Positions 1 to 10,427 of a DNA stretch of 64,000 nt are shown one piece after another. Origin of the DNA: an uncultured Bacteroidota bacterium. Its GTDB lineage: Bacteria; Bacteroidota; Bacteroidia; AKYH767-A; OLB10. A program made the translations under genes and the position numbers. How positions within the stretch are numbered: the stretch's first letter is position 1; every line of letters begins with the position of its first letter. Location: assembly GCA_903847585.1 (NCBI GenBank), contig CAINEC010000064.1, positions 10,225-74,224 of the forward strand, read 5' to 3'. Below the pieces are notes generated by a model, which worked only from the letters and a program-made list of their open reading frames with translations, did not search any database and had not been told where the DNA came from.

Positions 1-719
1 TCGACATTAACCACAGCTTCGATACTTTCTTTGTTTGCAATGATTGCTACAACTTCTCCCCTACGAACATAGTCGCCTTTGTTTTTGAACTTCTTAATAA
101 TTGTTCCCGCTTGCAACGATTGAATTTTATTATATTCGCTTGCTACAAGACTATTTTGCAACTGACCTTTACTTAATACTTGTTGTTGTTTGGCTTGAAG
201 AAGAATGGCGTTGTACTGGTTTTTTAACGACAACCAATTGGCCATGGATGTCTTCTCAGCGAGTTGAGCATTTTCCATCGCTACTTTGGACGTACTTTGC
301 TGCGCATACAATATTTCATAGCGACGAGCTTGTAAAGAGTCCTGACGATATTTATTCTCTGCCGAGCGAATATTTTCTTTAATCTGCAAAAGAGCAGGAG
401 AATTGACAGAAACATTTTCATCGGCAATCTGAAGCTGATCTTTTGCTACTGCTGAATTTACTTCGTTCGATTGATTATCAATAGTGGCTAATAACTGTCC
501 CGCCTGTACGAAAACACCTTCTTCAATATTTGAGCTGATTAAAACACCTTCTGTTTGTGCAGTTACATTATAAGCATCTTTCCAATCAATGCTACCACTC
601 GCAAAAACCAGTTCTTCGATATCTTTTACCTGAGGTTTTACTGTCTCGTTACTGCAAGAAATAAAAGTTGAAATAAGAAACAGAATGAATACAGCTTTAC
701 AGCTCTTTTTACTAAACAT
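1..719 (-). CDS. Efflux RND/HlyD-family periplasmic adaptor subunit (3' end runs off the window)
   Basis: Not in the ORF track. Manual translation from ATG at 719 (MFSKKSCKAVFILFLISTFISCSNETVKPQVKDIEELVFASG...) stays open to the window edge. It shows a lipoprotein-like signal, a coiled-coil hairpin and a lipoyl-like half motif (AGTIIKKFKNKGDYVRRGEVVAII). Confidence 0.85.
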   Translation of the reverse strand, partial: MFSKKSCKAVFILFLISTFISCSNETVKPQVKDIEELVFASGSIDWKDAYNVTAQTEGVLISSNIEEGVFVQAGQLLATIDNQSNEVNSAVAKDQLQIADENVSVNSPALLQIKENIRSAENKYRQDSLQARRYEILYAQQSTSKVAMENAQLAEKTSMANWLSLKNQYNAILLQAKQQQVLSKGQLQNSLVASEYNKIQSLQAGTIIKKFKNKGDYVRRGEVVAIIANKESIEAVVNV

Positions 720-786
720 GATAAATCGCTTAAAAACGAATCAAAATTAAAGAATGTCGATATAACACAAAGTGATAAACCTCATT

Positions 787-1551
787 TTATTCAATGAATT
801 TTAAAACTTCGTTCAATAATTCCAACGGCTTTTCTGCATGCACCCAATGTCCTGCTCCCTCAATATTCACAAATTGTGCATTAGGATACCAGCTTTTGAT
901 TTCTGAAAAACGTGCATCTTCAATATAACCTGAATTACCTCCTTTCACAAAAAGCACTGGTGTATTTACTAAAACAGAGGGCCATGTTGCTGTTCCGACT
1001 TCTTCAATTTGCTCATTTAACGTTTTCAGATTAAAGCGCCAGTCCATCTGCTCAGGCGTTTTCCAATGTAAATTCTTCAACAAAAATTGCTTTGTACCAT
1101 AATCATCGATTGCCTCATTCATGATTTTCTCTGCTTCCGAGCGACGCGTAATCGTTGATAAATCGATAGAAAGCAAGGTGTCAATTATTTCACGATGATG
1201 AACAGGATACTGATAAGGAGCAATATCAATCACCACTGCTTTACTTACCAAATCAGGAAAAGAATTAATCAGCGAAAGCGTCATTTTACCTCCCATTGAA
1301 TGACCGATAACGACAGGCTGATGTAAATTCAAATCAGCAATCAGCTCTGCGACATCAGAAGCCATAGAAAAGTAATCATGCACCTCCTCATGTGGCGATA
1401 ATCCATGATTACGAAGATCAGCGGTAATTACCTGATACCCTTTTTCGGCTAGTTGTCGTGCAAAACTTTGCCAGTTATCGCTCATCCCAAAAAGGCCATG
1501 AAAAATCAAAACCGGCCTTCCCTCGCCATAAACTCTATAACTCAATTTCAT
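787..1551 (-). CDS. Alpha/beta-fold hydrolase (YbfF-like esterase)
   Basis: HGLFG oxyanion motif, GHSMGG nucleophile elbow, GAGHWVHAE catalytic His. Start moved to MKLSYRV (1551) because the upstream extension overlaps the divergent gene. Confidence 0.9.
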   Translation of the reverse strand: MKLSYRVYGEGRPVLIFHGLFGMSDNWQSFARQLAEKGYQVITADLRNHGLSPHEEVHDYFSMASDVAELIADLNLHQPVVIGHSMGGKMTLSLINSFPDLVSKAVVIDIAPYQYPVHHREIIDTLLSIDLSTITRRSEAEKIMNEAIDDYGTKQFLLKNLHWKTPEQMDWRFNLKTLNEQIEEVGTATWPSVLVNTPVLFVKGGNSGYIEDARFSEIKSWYPNAQFVNIEGAGHWVHAEKPLELLNEVLKFIE

Positions 1552-1620
1552 AATGACTGCAAAGATGATAATTTTTGAGGGATTGATGGAAATTCTTACA
1601 GGAGTAAATTGTTTTAAGTC

Positions 1621-1628
1621 TAAATTTG
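1621..1628 (+). promoter_or_regulatory. Bacteroidota -7 promoter element TAAATTTG
   Basis: Exact TAnnTTTG match, 4 nt upstream of the ATG at 1633. Confidence 0.7.
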
Positions 1629-1632
1629 CACC

Positions 1633-2094
1633 ATGAATACAACCGTTCGTTTTGCCAAGGAAGAAGACATCCCTTTTGTACATGCTTTAATCCAAGAATT
1701 AGCAGCTTACGAAAAGGCTCCGCAAGAAGTAACCAATACGGTAGAAGATATGCTTCGTGATGGATTCAGTGCGCAGCCGGTATTTCGTTGCCAGGTTGCA
1801 GAAACAGATGGTAAAATTACTGGAATGGCTATCTATTTTGTGAAGTATTCAACGTGGAAAGGGAAAGGTGTTTACCTTGATGATATCGTAGTGACTGAAT
1901 CGATGCGACGAATGGGAATTGGTAAACTACTATTTGATGCTGTGATGAAAGATGCAAAAGCAATCGGAGCAAAACAATTACACTGGCAGGTGTTAGATTG
2001 GAATTCTCCTGCTATTGAATTCTATAAAAAGTACAACGCCGATTTAGACGGTGAATGGATTAACTGCAAACTTACTGAACAACAATTAGCATGA
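1633..2094 (+). CDS. GNAT N-acetyltransferase (spermidine/diamine acetyltransferase-like)
   Basis: YSTWKG.GVYLDDIVV and RRMGIG acetyl-CoA motif; LDWNSPAIEFY. Confidence 0.9.
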   Translation: MNTTVRFAKEEDIPFVHALIQELAAYEKAPQEVTNTVEDMLRDGFSAQPVFRCQVAETDGKITGMAIYFVKYSTWKGKGVYLDDIVVTESMRRMGIGKLLFDAVMKDAKAIGAKQLHWQVLDWNSPAIEFYKKYNADLDGEWINCKLTEQQLA

Positions 2095-3359
2095 ACGTTT
2101 TTAAATTCGGAGGAGCCTCGGTAAAAGATGCAGCTGCAGTAAAAAATGCTGGAGAAATTCTTAAGTTGCATTCCAATGAGCAATTGGTTGTTGTCATTTC
2201 AGCAATGGGCAAAGTGACGAATGCACTTGAAAAAATTGTTGATGCTTATATCAATCAAACTGGAGAAGCAACTACTTTATTAGACGAATTAAAAAAATAT
2301 CATCTTGAAATTTTAAGCGGACTGTTTGCGGATAGTAAACACGAAGTATATAACAAGCTCAATAATTTTTTAGTCGAGATAGAATGGGTTTTAGAAGAAA
2401 CACCTCGTGAATATGATTTTGTTTACGATCAAATTGTTTCTTTTGGAGAACTGATTTCTACAACGATCGTAAGTGAATGGCTGAATGATAATGGAATTAC
2501 CAATCAGTGGTTAGATGTTCGTGATTGCTTAATCACTGATAATACTTATCGCGAAGGCAAAATCGATTGGGAAGTGAGCACTAACCTTTTTCAATCGCGA
2601 TTGAATGACATCTTCAAACAATCAAATATTGTCATCACGCAAGGATTTATTGGAAGCACCACCGAAAACTTTTCGATCACGTTAGGTCGTGAAGGATCTG
2701 ATTATACTGCAGCCATTATTGCGCATATTATGAATGCAGAATCAGTTACTATTTGGAAAGATGTACCAGGAGTTTTAAATGCAGATCCGAAGCAATTTAA
2801 AGATGCTCAAAAATTAATTCAGTTAAGTTACCAAGACGCAATTGAATTAGCTTATTACGGAGCTTCTGTTATTCATCCGAAGACCATCAAACCACTCGAG
2901 AATAAAAATATTCCACTGTATGTAAAATCGTTTTTAGAACCGGGTAGCAAAGGAACTGTTATCGGAAAGGATCTTGAAACAAAGCCGCTTATCCCTTCCT
3001 TCATTTTTAAATCGAATCAAGTATTAATCAGTATTGCGGCAAAAGATTTTTCCTTTATTGCAGAAGAAAATTTAAGTGAGATTTTTTCTGATTTTGCAAA
3101 TGCAGGAATAAAATTAAACCTGATGCAAAACTCTGCTATTAGTTTTTCTGTTTGTATTGATGACACTCCAAAAAAGGATTCCTTAATTGAAAAATTAAGA
3201 GCTAAATACAAAGTAAAATACAATTCAAGTTTGCAACTATACACCATCCGACATTATTATCCTTCAACAATTGAATCGTTAACTGTTGGAAAAGAAATAT
3301 TGCTGGAGCAAAGAAGTAGAACAACCGCACAATTAGTTACAAAAGACCTACCCAAATGA
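2091..3359 (+). CDS. lysC: Aspartate kinase
   Basis: VFKFGGASV, VISAMGK, LGREGSDY and GASVIHPKT motifs; ACT-like C-terminus. Confidence 0.93.
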   Translation: MNVFKFGGASVKDAAAVKNAGEILKLHSNEQLVVVISAMGKVTNALEKIVDAYINQTGEATTLLDELKKYHLEILSGLFADSKHEVYNKLNNFLVEIEWVLEETPREYDFVYDQIVSFGELISTTIVSEWLNDNGITNQWLDVRDCLITDNTYREGKIDWEVSTNLFQSRLNDIFKQSNIVITQGFIGSTTENFSITLGREGSDYTAAIIAHIMNAESVTIWKDVPGVLNADPKQFKDAQKLIQLSYQDAIELAYYGASVIHPKTIKPLENKNIPLYVKSFLEPGSKGTVIGKDLETKPLIPSFIFKSNQVLISIAAKDFSFIAEENLSEIFSDFANAGIKLNLMQNSAISFSVCIDDTPKKDSLIEKLRAKYKVKYNSSLQLYTIRHYYPSTIESLTVGKEILLEQRSRTTAQLVTKDLPK

Positions 3360-4450
3360 AAGATCCTCTTATAGAAAACAGACCCGCTAACAAAAGCAGC
3401 TTAATTATCTGGTTGTTTGTTGGTTGCTTCATGATATTTACAATGGTTGTTGTTGGCGGCATTACTCGTTTAACAGGATCAGGATTATCGATAACCGAAT
3501 GGAAAGTCGTGACAGGAGTTATTCCTCCACTAAGTCAAGCAGAATGGGAAAGTGAATTTTTCAAATACCAACAGATACCACAATTTCAATTAATCAACTC
3601 TAACTTTACATTAGACGATTTTAAATTTATTTATTTCTGGGAGTACATCCATCGGTTAATTGGCCGAACTATCGGACTCGTATTTTTATACGGTCTCATC
3701 ACTTATTACATGCGGGGTGTCATTTCTAAGGAACTAATGCCTAGATTAATATTCATGTTTGTTTTAGGTGGAATACAAGGTTTTTTAGGCTGGTATATGG
3801 TGAGCAGCGGACTAACAGAAAATGTGAGAGTAAGTCATATCAGATTAGCGATTCATTTAACATTTGCATTTATCACTTTCGGATACATATTTTGGGTAGC
3901 ACTTACGCAGTTGTTTCCTGTGAAGCATACTAACAACTACGCCTATACCCGATATAAAAAATACGGATGGACATTATTATTACTTGTGATTTTACAAGTA
4001 ATTTATGGGGCGTTTGTTGCGGGAACAAAAGCAGGTATGGTATACACTACATGGCCATTGATGGAAGGAGAATGGGTACCTGAATCAATTACCTACATGC
4101 TTCAAAAAGATGGCATCGGCAGTTTGATTAATAACCTTGCAAGTGTTCAATTCATTCATCGTTCTCTAGCCTATTTAATTTCTGTCATTGTAGTTTTGCT
4201 GATAGTAAAAGTATGGAAAGACAAACAGCTTGAAGTAGGCCAAAAGAATAGCGCCTACGTGCTAGGTGGATTAGTAATCGTTCAAATTGTACTAGGAATT
4301 TACACTTTGCTAAACGGTGTTCCTGTTGCGTTAGGTGTGATTCATCAAGCTACTGCCTTTTTTATATTCGCAACTACTATTTATTTTATTTATCGACTTG
4401 CTTATGCATCGATGAAAGAGAAAATTGTATTTGTTAACGACGAAGAATAA
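3356..4450 (+). CDS. ctaA: Heme A synthase (COX15/CtaA family)
   Basis: GGITRLTGSGLSITEW, EYIHRLIGR, QFIHR and GVIHQ motifs; polytopic membrane protein. Confidence 0.93.
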   Translation: MKDPLIENRPANKSSLIIWLFVGCFMIFTMVVVGGITRLTGSGLSITEWKVVTGVIPPLSQAEWESEFFKYQQIPQFQLINSNFTLDDFKFIYFWEYIHRLIGRTIGLVFLYGLITYYMRGVISKELMPRLIFMFVLGGIQGFLGWYMVSSGLTENVRVSHIRLAIHLTFAFITFGYIFWVALTQLFPVKHTNNYAYTRYKKYGWTLLLLVILQVIYGAFVAGTKAGMVYTTWPLMEGEWVPESITYMLQKDGIGSLINNLASVQFIHRSLAYLISVIVVLLIVKVWKDKQLEVGQKNSAYVLGGLVIVQIVLGIYTLLNGVPVALGVIHQATAFFIFATTIYFIYRLAYASMKEKIVFVNDEE

Positions 4451-5068
4451 ATGAAAATTGCACCGAGTGAACTAACTAAATACGGCTATGAATTGCATGC
4501 TCAATTGCAGCATAGTGACATTGCTGCGTTTATTCAGCCGTATATTTTTAGAAAGAATTTTGCTTCGATATTTTACTGGACATTTAATGCACTTGTATTA
4601 GCATTATCGTTGTACAAAATATTTACGTGTGAAATAGGAATAGGAGAATCATTTGGAAAATTTGCTCTAGGATTTTGCCTGTTGCTTCCACTCATCCCTA
4701 TTCATGAATTAATACATGGCTTATTCTATAAACTTGATGGAGCACCTGCCGTTCAATACAAAGCTAATTTCAAGAAATTTATTTTTTATGCGATGGCTGA
4801 TCAGTATGTAACTACCTTTTACTCGTTCGTCATTTTAGCTATAGCTCCTTTTGTGATTATAAACACACTACTCTTAATTGGAATTATTACGACCGCAGGT
4901 GGATTATCTTTTTTATTTGCAGGAGCTCTTTTCATGCATACTGCAGGATGTGCGGGTGATTTTGCTCTAATCAGCTATTTTCTTGAAAACGATAGCAAAC
5001 GACTCGTTACCTACGATGATATTTCATTGGGCATGTCGTATTTCTATAAAAAGGGCAATAATTCGTAA
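4451..5068 (+). CDS. DUF3267-like putative membrane zinc metalloprotease
   Basis: IHELIHG (HExxH) motif, hydrophobic helices, downstream GCAGDF motif. Confidence 0.7.
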   Translation: MKIAPSELTKYGYELHAQLQHSDIAAFIQPYIFRKNFASIFYWTFNALVLALSLYKIFTCEIGIGESFGKFALGFCLLLPLIPIHELIHGLFYKLDGAPAVQYKANFKKFIFYAMADQYVTTFYSFVILAIAPFVIINTLLLIGIITTAGGLSFLFAGALFMHTAGCAGDFALISYFLENDSKRLVTYDDISLGMSYFYKKGNNS

Positions 5069-5124
5069 AGCATACTCGTAGTCATTCTTATTTTTTTTAA
5101 TTTCGGACTTCATTCTATTTACCT

Positions 5125-7116
5125 ATGAAGAAGATTACTGCGTTGTTATTTTTAACGATTCTTACTGCTTTCGCAAGTATGGGACAATTGGTAGACCCTG
5201 TAAAATGGAGCTACCGCGTTGAACAAAAAGGACAAGAGGCTACTTTGATATTTAAAGCTACTGTCGACAAAGGATGGCATGTGTATTCTCAATTTATTCC
5301 TGATGGAGGACCCATCCCAACTTCATTTACGTTTACTCCTGATAACAATTTTACTTTGATTGGAAAGGTTTCGGAACCAAAAGGCGAAGAAATTTTCGAT
5401 TCAAACTTTGATATGAAATTAAAGTATTTCGAGAATACAGCAGAGTTTAAGCAAAAGATCAAACTAACCTCAAATAAAGCATTTAAACTGAAGGGGGTTG
5501 TTGAATCGATGGCTTGTAACGATAAAAACTGTACACCTCCGAATGCTGTTGATTTCGAATTTTCAATTACAGGTGATGCTTCAACTGAAGTAGTTAGTCC
5601 TGAAGCCCCTACTACCACTACAGAACCAGAATCGGCTAGTGTTACAACTACAACAGAAGTAACTACATCGAATTCTAAAATTCCTCTTCCTTCCAGCGAC
5701 TTAAGCAAATTAGAACCAGCCTGTAATAATGGTGGCTCTATAGAAGCAGAAGACAAAAGTTATTTAGGAATATTTATAGCGGGAATGTTAGGTGGATTCT
5801 TAGCATTGTTAACACCTTGCGTTTTCCCAATGATTCCTATGACCGTTAGCTTCTTCACGAAAAGAAGTCCAACACGCGCAAAGGGTATACGCAATGCCTT
5901 TATTTACGCACTTTCAATTATTTCGATTTATGTTACCATCGGATTTTTTGTTACAATCACCCTTGGATCAGATGCTTTAAATGACTTAGCAAGCGGTGCG
6001 TTTTTTAATCTTTTATTCTTTATAATTTTCCTCTTATTTGGACTTTCTTTCCTTGGAGCATTTGAAATCACCTTACCCAATTCATGGTTGAATAAAGCGG
6101 ACTCTGCCTCTGAAAAAGGGGGCTTGATAGGAATCTTCTTTATGGCCTTTACATTGAGTTTGGTCTCTTTCTCTTGTACAGGTCCTATTATCGGAACCTT
6201 ATTAGTAGAAGCAGCGAAAGGTTCTAGTTACTTAGGTCCTATTATGGGCATGACAGGATTTTCATTTGCGTTGGCAATTCCTTTTGCATTTTTTGCAGCA
6301 TTCCCAGGTTGGTTAAATTCATTACCTAAATCTGGAGGATGGCTCAATAGTGTAAAAGTCGTTTTTGGACTATTAGAATTAGCTTTAGCATTGAAATTTT
6401 TATCTGCTGTTGACTTAGCATATAATTGGAACATTTTACTACGAGAAAGGTACCTTGCAATTTGGATTTCAATATTCGGATTAATGTCATTGTATTTAAT
6501 TGGGAAAATAAAATTCTCTCACGATAGCGATTTGCCTTACATTAGCAGCGTAAGAATATTGTTTGCCATTATATCATTTTCATTTACATTTTATATGATA
6601 CCAGGCTTATGGGGAGCTCCCTTAAATATTATTACGGGATATTTACCGCCACAAACAAAACAAGAATGGAACCCAGAACCAGAGCATTTTAATAATTATG
6701 ACGAAGGTATGGCTTATGCAAAATCGATTGGCAAACCTGTTATGATTGACTTTACTGGATGGAGCTGTGTGAATTGCAGAAAGATGGAAAACACTGTTTG
6801 GAAAGATCCGAAAGTTAAGACGCATCTTTCAGAAGATTATGTCGTCATTTCATTATTTGTTGATGATAAAGCAGAATTACCTTCCAATGAACAATACGTA
6901 AGTAAGTTCAGCGGTAAGAAAATCAAGACGACTGGAAATAAATGGAGCGATTTGGAAGCTTCTGTTTTTAATAGAAATGTTCAACCTTACTATGTTTTAT
7001 TAGACAACGAAGGGAAAATGTTGGCAGAGCCAAGAAGTTATACTCCTAACGTTGAGGAATACACGAAGTTCTTAGAAGAAGGTTTGTGTAGGTTTAAAAT
7101 CAGAAACAACAAGTAA
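5125..7116 (+). CDS. dsbD: Thiol:disulfide interchange protein DsbD (N-terminal Ig-like, DsbD/CcdA membrane and thioredoxin domains)
   Basis: LTPCVFPMIP and SCTGPIIG membrane cysteines; DFTGWSCVNCRKME thioredoxin motif. Confidence 0.92.
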   Translation: MKKITALLFLTILTAFASMGQLVDPVKWSYRVEQKGQEATLIFKATVDKGWHVYSQFIPDGGPIPTSFTFTPDNNFTLIGKVSEPKGEEIFDSNFDMKLKYFENTAEFKQKIKLTSNKAFKLKGVVESMACNDKNCTPPNAVDFEFSITGDASTEVVSPEAPTTTTEPESASVTTTTEVTTSNSKIPLPSSDLSKLEPACNNGGSIEAEDKSYLGIFIAGMLGGFLALLTPCVFPMIPMTVSFFTKRSPTRAKGIRNAFIYALSIISIYVTIGFFVTITLGSDALNDLASGAFFNLLFFIIFLLFGLSFLGAFEITLPNSWLNKADSASEKGGLIGIFFMAFTLSLVSFSCTGPIIGTLLVEAAKGSSYLGPIMGMTGFSFALAIPFAFFAAFPGWLNSLPKSGGWLNSVKVVFGLLELALALKFLSAVDLAYNWNILLRERYLAIWISIFGLMSLYLIGKIKFSHDSDLPYISSVRILFAIISFSFTFYMIPGLWGAPLNIITGYLPPQTKQEWNPEPEHFNNYDEGMAYAKSIGKPVMIDFTGWSCVNCRKMENTVWKDPKVKTHLSEDYVVISLFVDDKAELPSNEQYVSKFSGKKIKTTGNKWSDLEASVFNRNVQPYYVLLDNEGKMLAEPRSYTPNVEEYTKFLEEGLCRFKIRNNK

Positions 7117-7117
7117 T

Positions 7118-7156
7118 AAAAAAACCCCTATAGTACGCACTATAGGGGTTTTTATT
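7118..7156. terminator. Bidirectional intrinsic terminator
   Basis: AAAAACCCCTATAGT-acgc-ACTATAGGGGTTTTT perfect inverted repeat between convergent genes. Confidence 0.9.
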
Positions 7157-7169
7157 TTGAATTTGTTAA

Positions 7170-8834
7170 CTATTTAATTTGTATCGACTGATTGGTATAA
7201 CCATCAGGAGTTAAAACTTTCACTTGATAAACACCTGCTGTTAGCCCTCCAAGATCAATGGAAGTACTTTTAAGTGGCATGTCCATTTCAACATGATGAA
7301 CACGTTGACCAGTGATAGAATAAACTTCAATTTCATTCATATAATTACCTTCAGGCAATTCAATATTTACTTGACCTGTTGTTGGATTTGGATAAAGCAA
7401 AAAGTTAATTGGGGCTTTTACCTCTTGGAATCCTGTTGTAAATCCATTCAAACGACCAAGGTAAGTACCTACATTAGTAGGTAAGGAATTAACAGGAGTT
7501 AATGTACCTAAGGTCATCGCGCCAAAGAAATTACCCATAACGTAGCAATAGCCATTGTTATCACTTATTATCGCCTTTGGACGATCATCACTTGAGTTAG
7601 ATGCTCTTATTCCCCATAAAATTTTTCCATTAGGGTTATATTTCGCAGCAAAGCCATCAGCACCACCTGTATTAGCTAAGTTGACAGGAGAACCACTTGT
7701 AGTAGATAATGACACAGTTGAATTATTATAATATCCACACAAATAAATGTAACCATTATTAACTACCTCCATAGATGTTGTAACATCATCTGAATTACTT
7801 CCTTGCTTACAAGCCCAAAGTCCCCAACCAGCAGAGTTCAATTTCGCAACGAATCCATCACTATAAGTAGTGGAACCATTCGATGTAATACTTGTTGTTC
7901 CTCCAAAATTAACTGTTCCTAAAAAGCTTCCAGAAATATAAATATTTCCATAATTATCGTATCCAATACATGTAGCCTGATCCGTAGAAGTGGAACCAAA
8001 TCTTTTTGCAAGGTCAAAACTTCCTGATGTAGTTAAACGCGTAACCAACATATCATCTGCTGAACCAGATCCTGTTAAATTAGTAGAACCAAAGGCTGCA
8101 GAAGAGCCTCTCACTGTACCACAAGCATAAATATTTGTTGCAGATGCAGAAACACCATAAAAATAATCTTCATCAGCGCCACCGCCAGTTGTACTCCATA
8201 AGGCTGTTCCTGCAGTATCAAAAGCAATTACCATTGCATCAGTACTTGCTGAATTACTTGCAGGCAAGGTTAATGAACCAACATTGAATGTTCCAGAGTA
8301 GGAACCAACTACATAAATTTTATTTCCATTAATTGCGATTCCGTTAAACGACTGAGGAGTTGAAGAACCAAACGCTTTTACCCAAATCACATTCCCATTT
8401 GGATCCAACTTAATTAGGTATCCATCTTTATCACCTGCAGAATAATAATTATTACCATTAATGGTCATTCCGAAAGAAAAAGAACCAGCTAAATAAATAT
8501 TGCCTGCGCCATCCATGACAATTCCTCCGGGGAACATTATGTTTGATATTCCAGAAAAACTTTTTGCCCATACTGGAGTACCTGATTGATCGTACTTTGC
8601 AGCATATAAGTCTATCGTACCAACCACTGGTAAATTTGCTGCACCAAAGGGAGCATTCGCATCAAACTGACCAGAGACGATAATTCCACCAGCTGCATCT
8701 TTCACAGCGGTAACTTTTGCTTCATTATCTAATCGTGCACTCAACGACTTAGACCACACCCATGCAGGTGCCTGAGCATTCATAACATTGGTAGCAAGGA
8801 TTACCAATGCAATAACAAGTAAATTTTTTCTCAT
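7170..8834 (-). CDS. T9SS type A sorting-domain protein with SBBP-like beta-propeller repeats
   Basis: Signal peptide from MRKNLL (8834); repeated W.K.FG...D..GNIY..G.F units; C-terminal LYPNPT...IEVYSITGQ...GVYQVKV sorting domain. Confidence 0.85.
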   Translation of the reverse strand: MRKNLLVIALVILATNVMNAQAPAWVWSKSLSARLDNEAKVTAVKDAAGGIIVSGQFDANAPFGAANLPVVGTIDLYAAKYDQSGTPVWAKSFSGISNIMFPGGIVMDGAGNIYLAGSFSFGMTINGNNYYSAGDKDGYLIKLDPNGNVIWVKAFGSSTPQSFNGIAINGNKIYVVGSYSGTFNVGSLTLPASNSASTDAMVIAFDTAGTALWSTTGGGADEDYFYGVSASATNIYACGTVRGSSAAFGSTNLTGSGSADDMLVTRLTTSGSFDLAKRFGSTSTDQATCIGYDNYGNIYISGSFLGTVNFGGTTSITSNGSTTYSDGFVAKLNSAGWGLWACKQGSNSDDVTTSMEVVNNGYIYLCGYYNNSTVSLSTTSGSPVNLANTGGADGFAAKYNPNGKILWGIRASNSSDDRPKAIISDNNGYCYVMGNFFGAMTLGTLTPVNSLPTNVGTYLGRLNGFTTGFQEVKAPINFLLYPNPTTGQVNIELPEGNYMNEIEVYSITGQRVHHVEMDMPLKSTSIDLGGLTAGVYQVKVLTPDGYTNQSIQIK

Positions 8835-8943
8835 AATAACGTGAAGTTTGTAACGGGTTTGTTTTTCTGTGTTATTCCGTATTTCAAAAATAAAAAAATA
8901 TTGAATAAAAAAGGCCTTATTTTTCAATAAGACATTTGCTTTT

Positions 8944-10350
8944 TTAGATATGAATTGCCCGGTTATCCGTTGCCGCTAAACAGGCTTCTTTAAATGCTTC
9001 TGTAAACGTTGGATGCGCATGGCTCATTCTGGCTATATCCTCTGCCGAAGCTCTGTATTCCATAGCCACAACAGCCTCTGCAATTAAATCAGCACAACGT
9101 GGTCCGATCATATGTACTCCCAAAATCTCGTCTGTTTCTTTATCTGCTAATACTTTGATAAACCCATCTAAGTCCATACTCGCACGCGCTCTACCACTTG
9201 CTTTAAATGGAAACATTCCCGACTTATATGCTTTCCCCTGTGCTTTTAACTCTTCTTCTGTATGGCCTACCGCAGCTACTTCTGGCCATGTGTAAACAAC
9301 CCCCGGAATTAATAGGTAATTGATATGTGGTTTTTGTCCTGCGATTAACTCAGCAACATAGGTTCCTTCTTCTTCTGCCTTATGCGCTAACATTGCCCCT
9401 TTTACAACATCACCTATTGCATAAACACCTTTTGCAGCGGTTTGTAAATGCTCATCAACGATGATTCTTCCTCGCTCATCTTTCGCGATGCCTGCATTCT
9501 CTAATCCTAAATTCTCTGTGTATGGCGAACGACCTACACATACTAGACAATAATCTCCTGTAAGTTCTAATTCTTTGCCGTCTTTATTCGCAGTAGCTTT
9601 TAGTTTTACATTCTTACCTTTTACTTCTACACCACTTACTGCATGCGATAAATAAAATTCAACTCCTGTTTTTGCTAATACTTTTTGTAGTTCTTTTCCT
9701 AATGATTTATCCATTGTAGGAATGATGGAATCAGCATATTCAACTACACTAACCTTTGCGCCTAGCCGCGCATATACACTTCCTAGTTCTAATCCGATTA
9801 CACCGCCACCAATAATTAATAAATGCTTAGGAATTTCTTTAAGTTTTAAAGCTTCCGTAGAGGTAATAATACGTTGCTTATCGATAGTAACACCTTTCAG
9901 ATTAGAAGGCTTTGAACCCGTTGCAATAATGGTATTTTCAGAAGTGATGGTTTCAACGCTTCCATCTTCTTTTTTAATATTGATTGTTTTCGCATCAACA
10001 AAAGAGGCAAATCCGTGAATCACATCAACCTTGTTTTTCTTCATTAAAAAACGAATACCTTGTACCGTTTGCGTGATTACGTCTTCTTTACGCTGAATCA
10101 TCTGCGGAAAGTTGATCGATAATCCTTTAACATCAATACCATGCTCCTTGAACTGATGCGCAGCTTGATGATAATGCTCTGATGAATCCAACAATGCTTT
10201 TGAAGGAATACATCCAACATTTAAACAAGTTCCACCAAGGGAATTATATTTTTCAATTAACGCTGTTTTCTTTCCTAATTGAGCTAAACGAATTGCTGCT
10301 ACATAGCCACCTGGGCCTGCACCAATTACCACTGCATCATATGAAGCCAT
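8944..10350 (-). CDS. lpdA: Dihydrolipoyl dehydrogenase
   Basis: GAGPGGY FAD motif, GGTCLNVGCIPSK redox disulfide, HAHPT...E catalytic dyad. Confidence 0.97.
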   Translation of the reverse strand: MASYDAVVIGAGPGGYVAAIRLAQLGKKTALIEKYNSLGGTCLNVGCIPSKALLDSSEHYHQAAHQFKEHGIDVKGLSINFPQMIQRKEDVITQTVQGIRFLMKKNKVDVIHGFASFVDAKTINIKKEDGSVETITSENTIIATGSKPSNLKGVTIDKQRIITSTEALKLKEIPKHLLIIGGGVIGLELGSVYARLGAKVSVVEYADSIIPTMDKSLGKELQKVLAKTGVEFYLSHAVSGVEVKGKNVKLKATANKDGKELELTGDYCLVCVGRSPYTENLGLENAGIAKDERGRIIVDEHLQTAAKGVYAIGDVVKGAMLAHKAEEEGTYVAELIAGQKPHINYLLIPGVVYTWPEVAAVGHTEEELKAQGKAYKSGMFPFKASGRARASMDLDGFIKVLADKETDEILGVHMIGPRCADLIAEAVVAMEYRASAEDIARMSHAHPTFTEAFKEACLAATDNRAIHI

Positions 10351-10427
10351 TTCTGATTGATTTTATTGATTGCCCGCAAATTTACAAGTAATTCGCATGT
10401 AAAAGCAAAGAAAAAGTGATTTAATCC

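Noticed and set aside
101-382. 93-aa plus-strand ORF
   Set aside because: Antisense shadow of the HlyD-family gene on the minus strand.
5289-5756. 155-aa antisense ORF, representative of many shadow ORFs (e.g. 9722-10018, 13647-13952, 16022-16444, 37352-37588, 41156-41392)
   Set aside because: Fully nested opposite well-supported genes, with no recognisable motifs.
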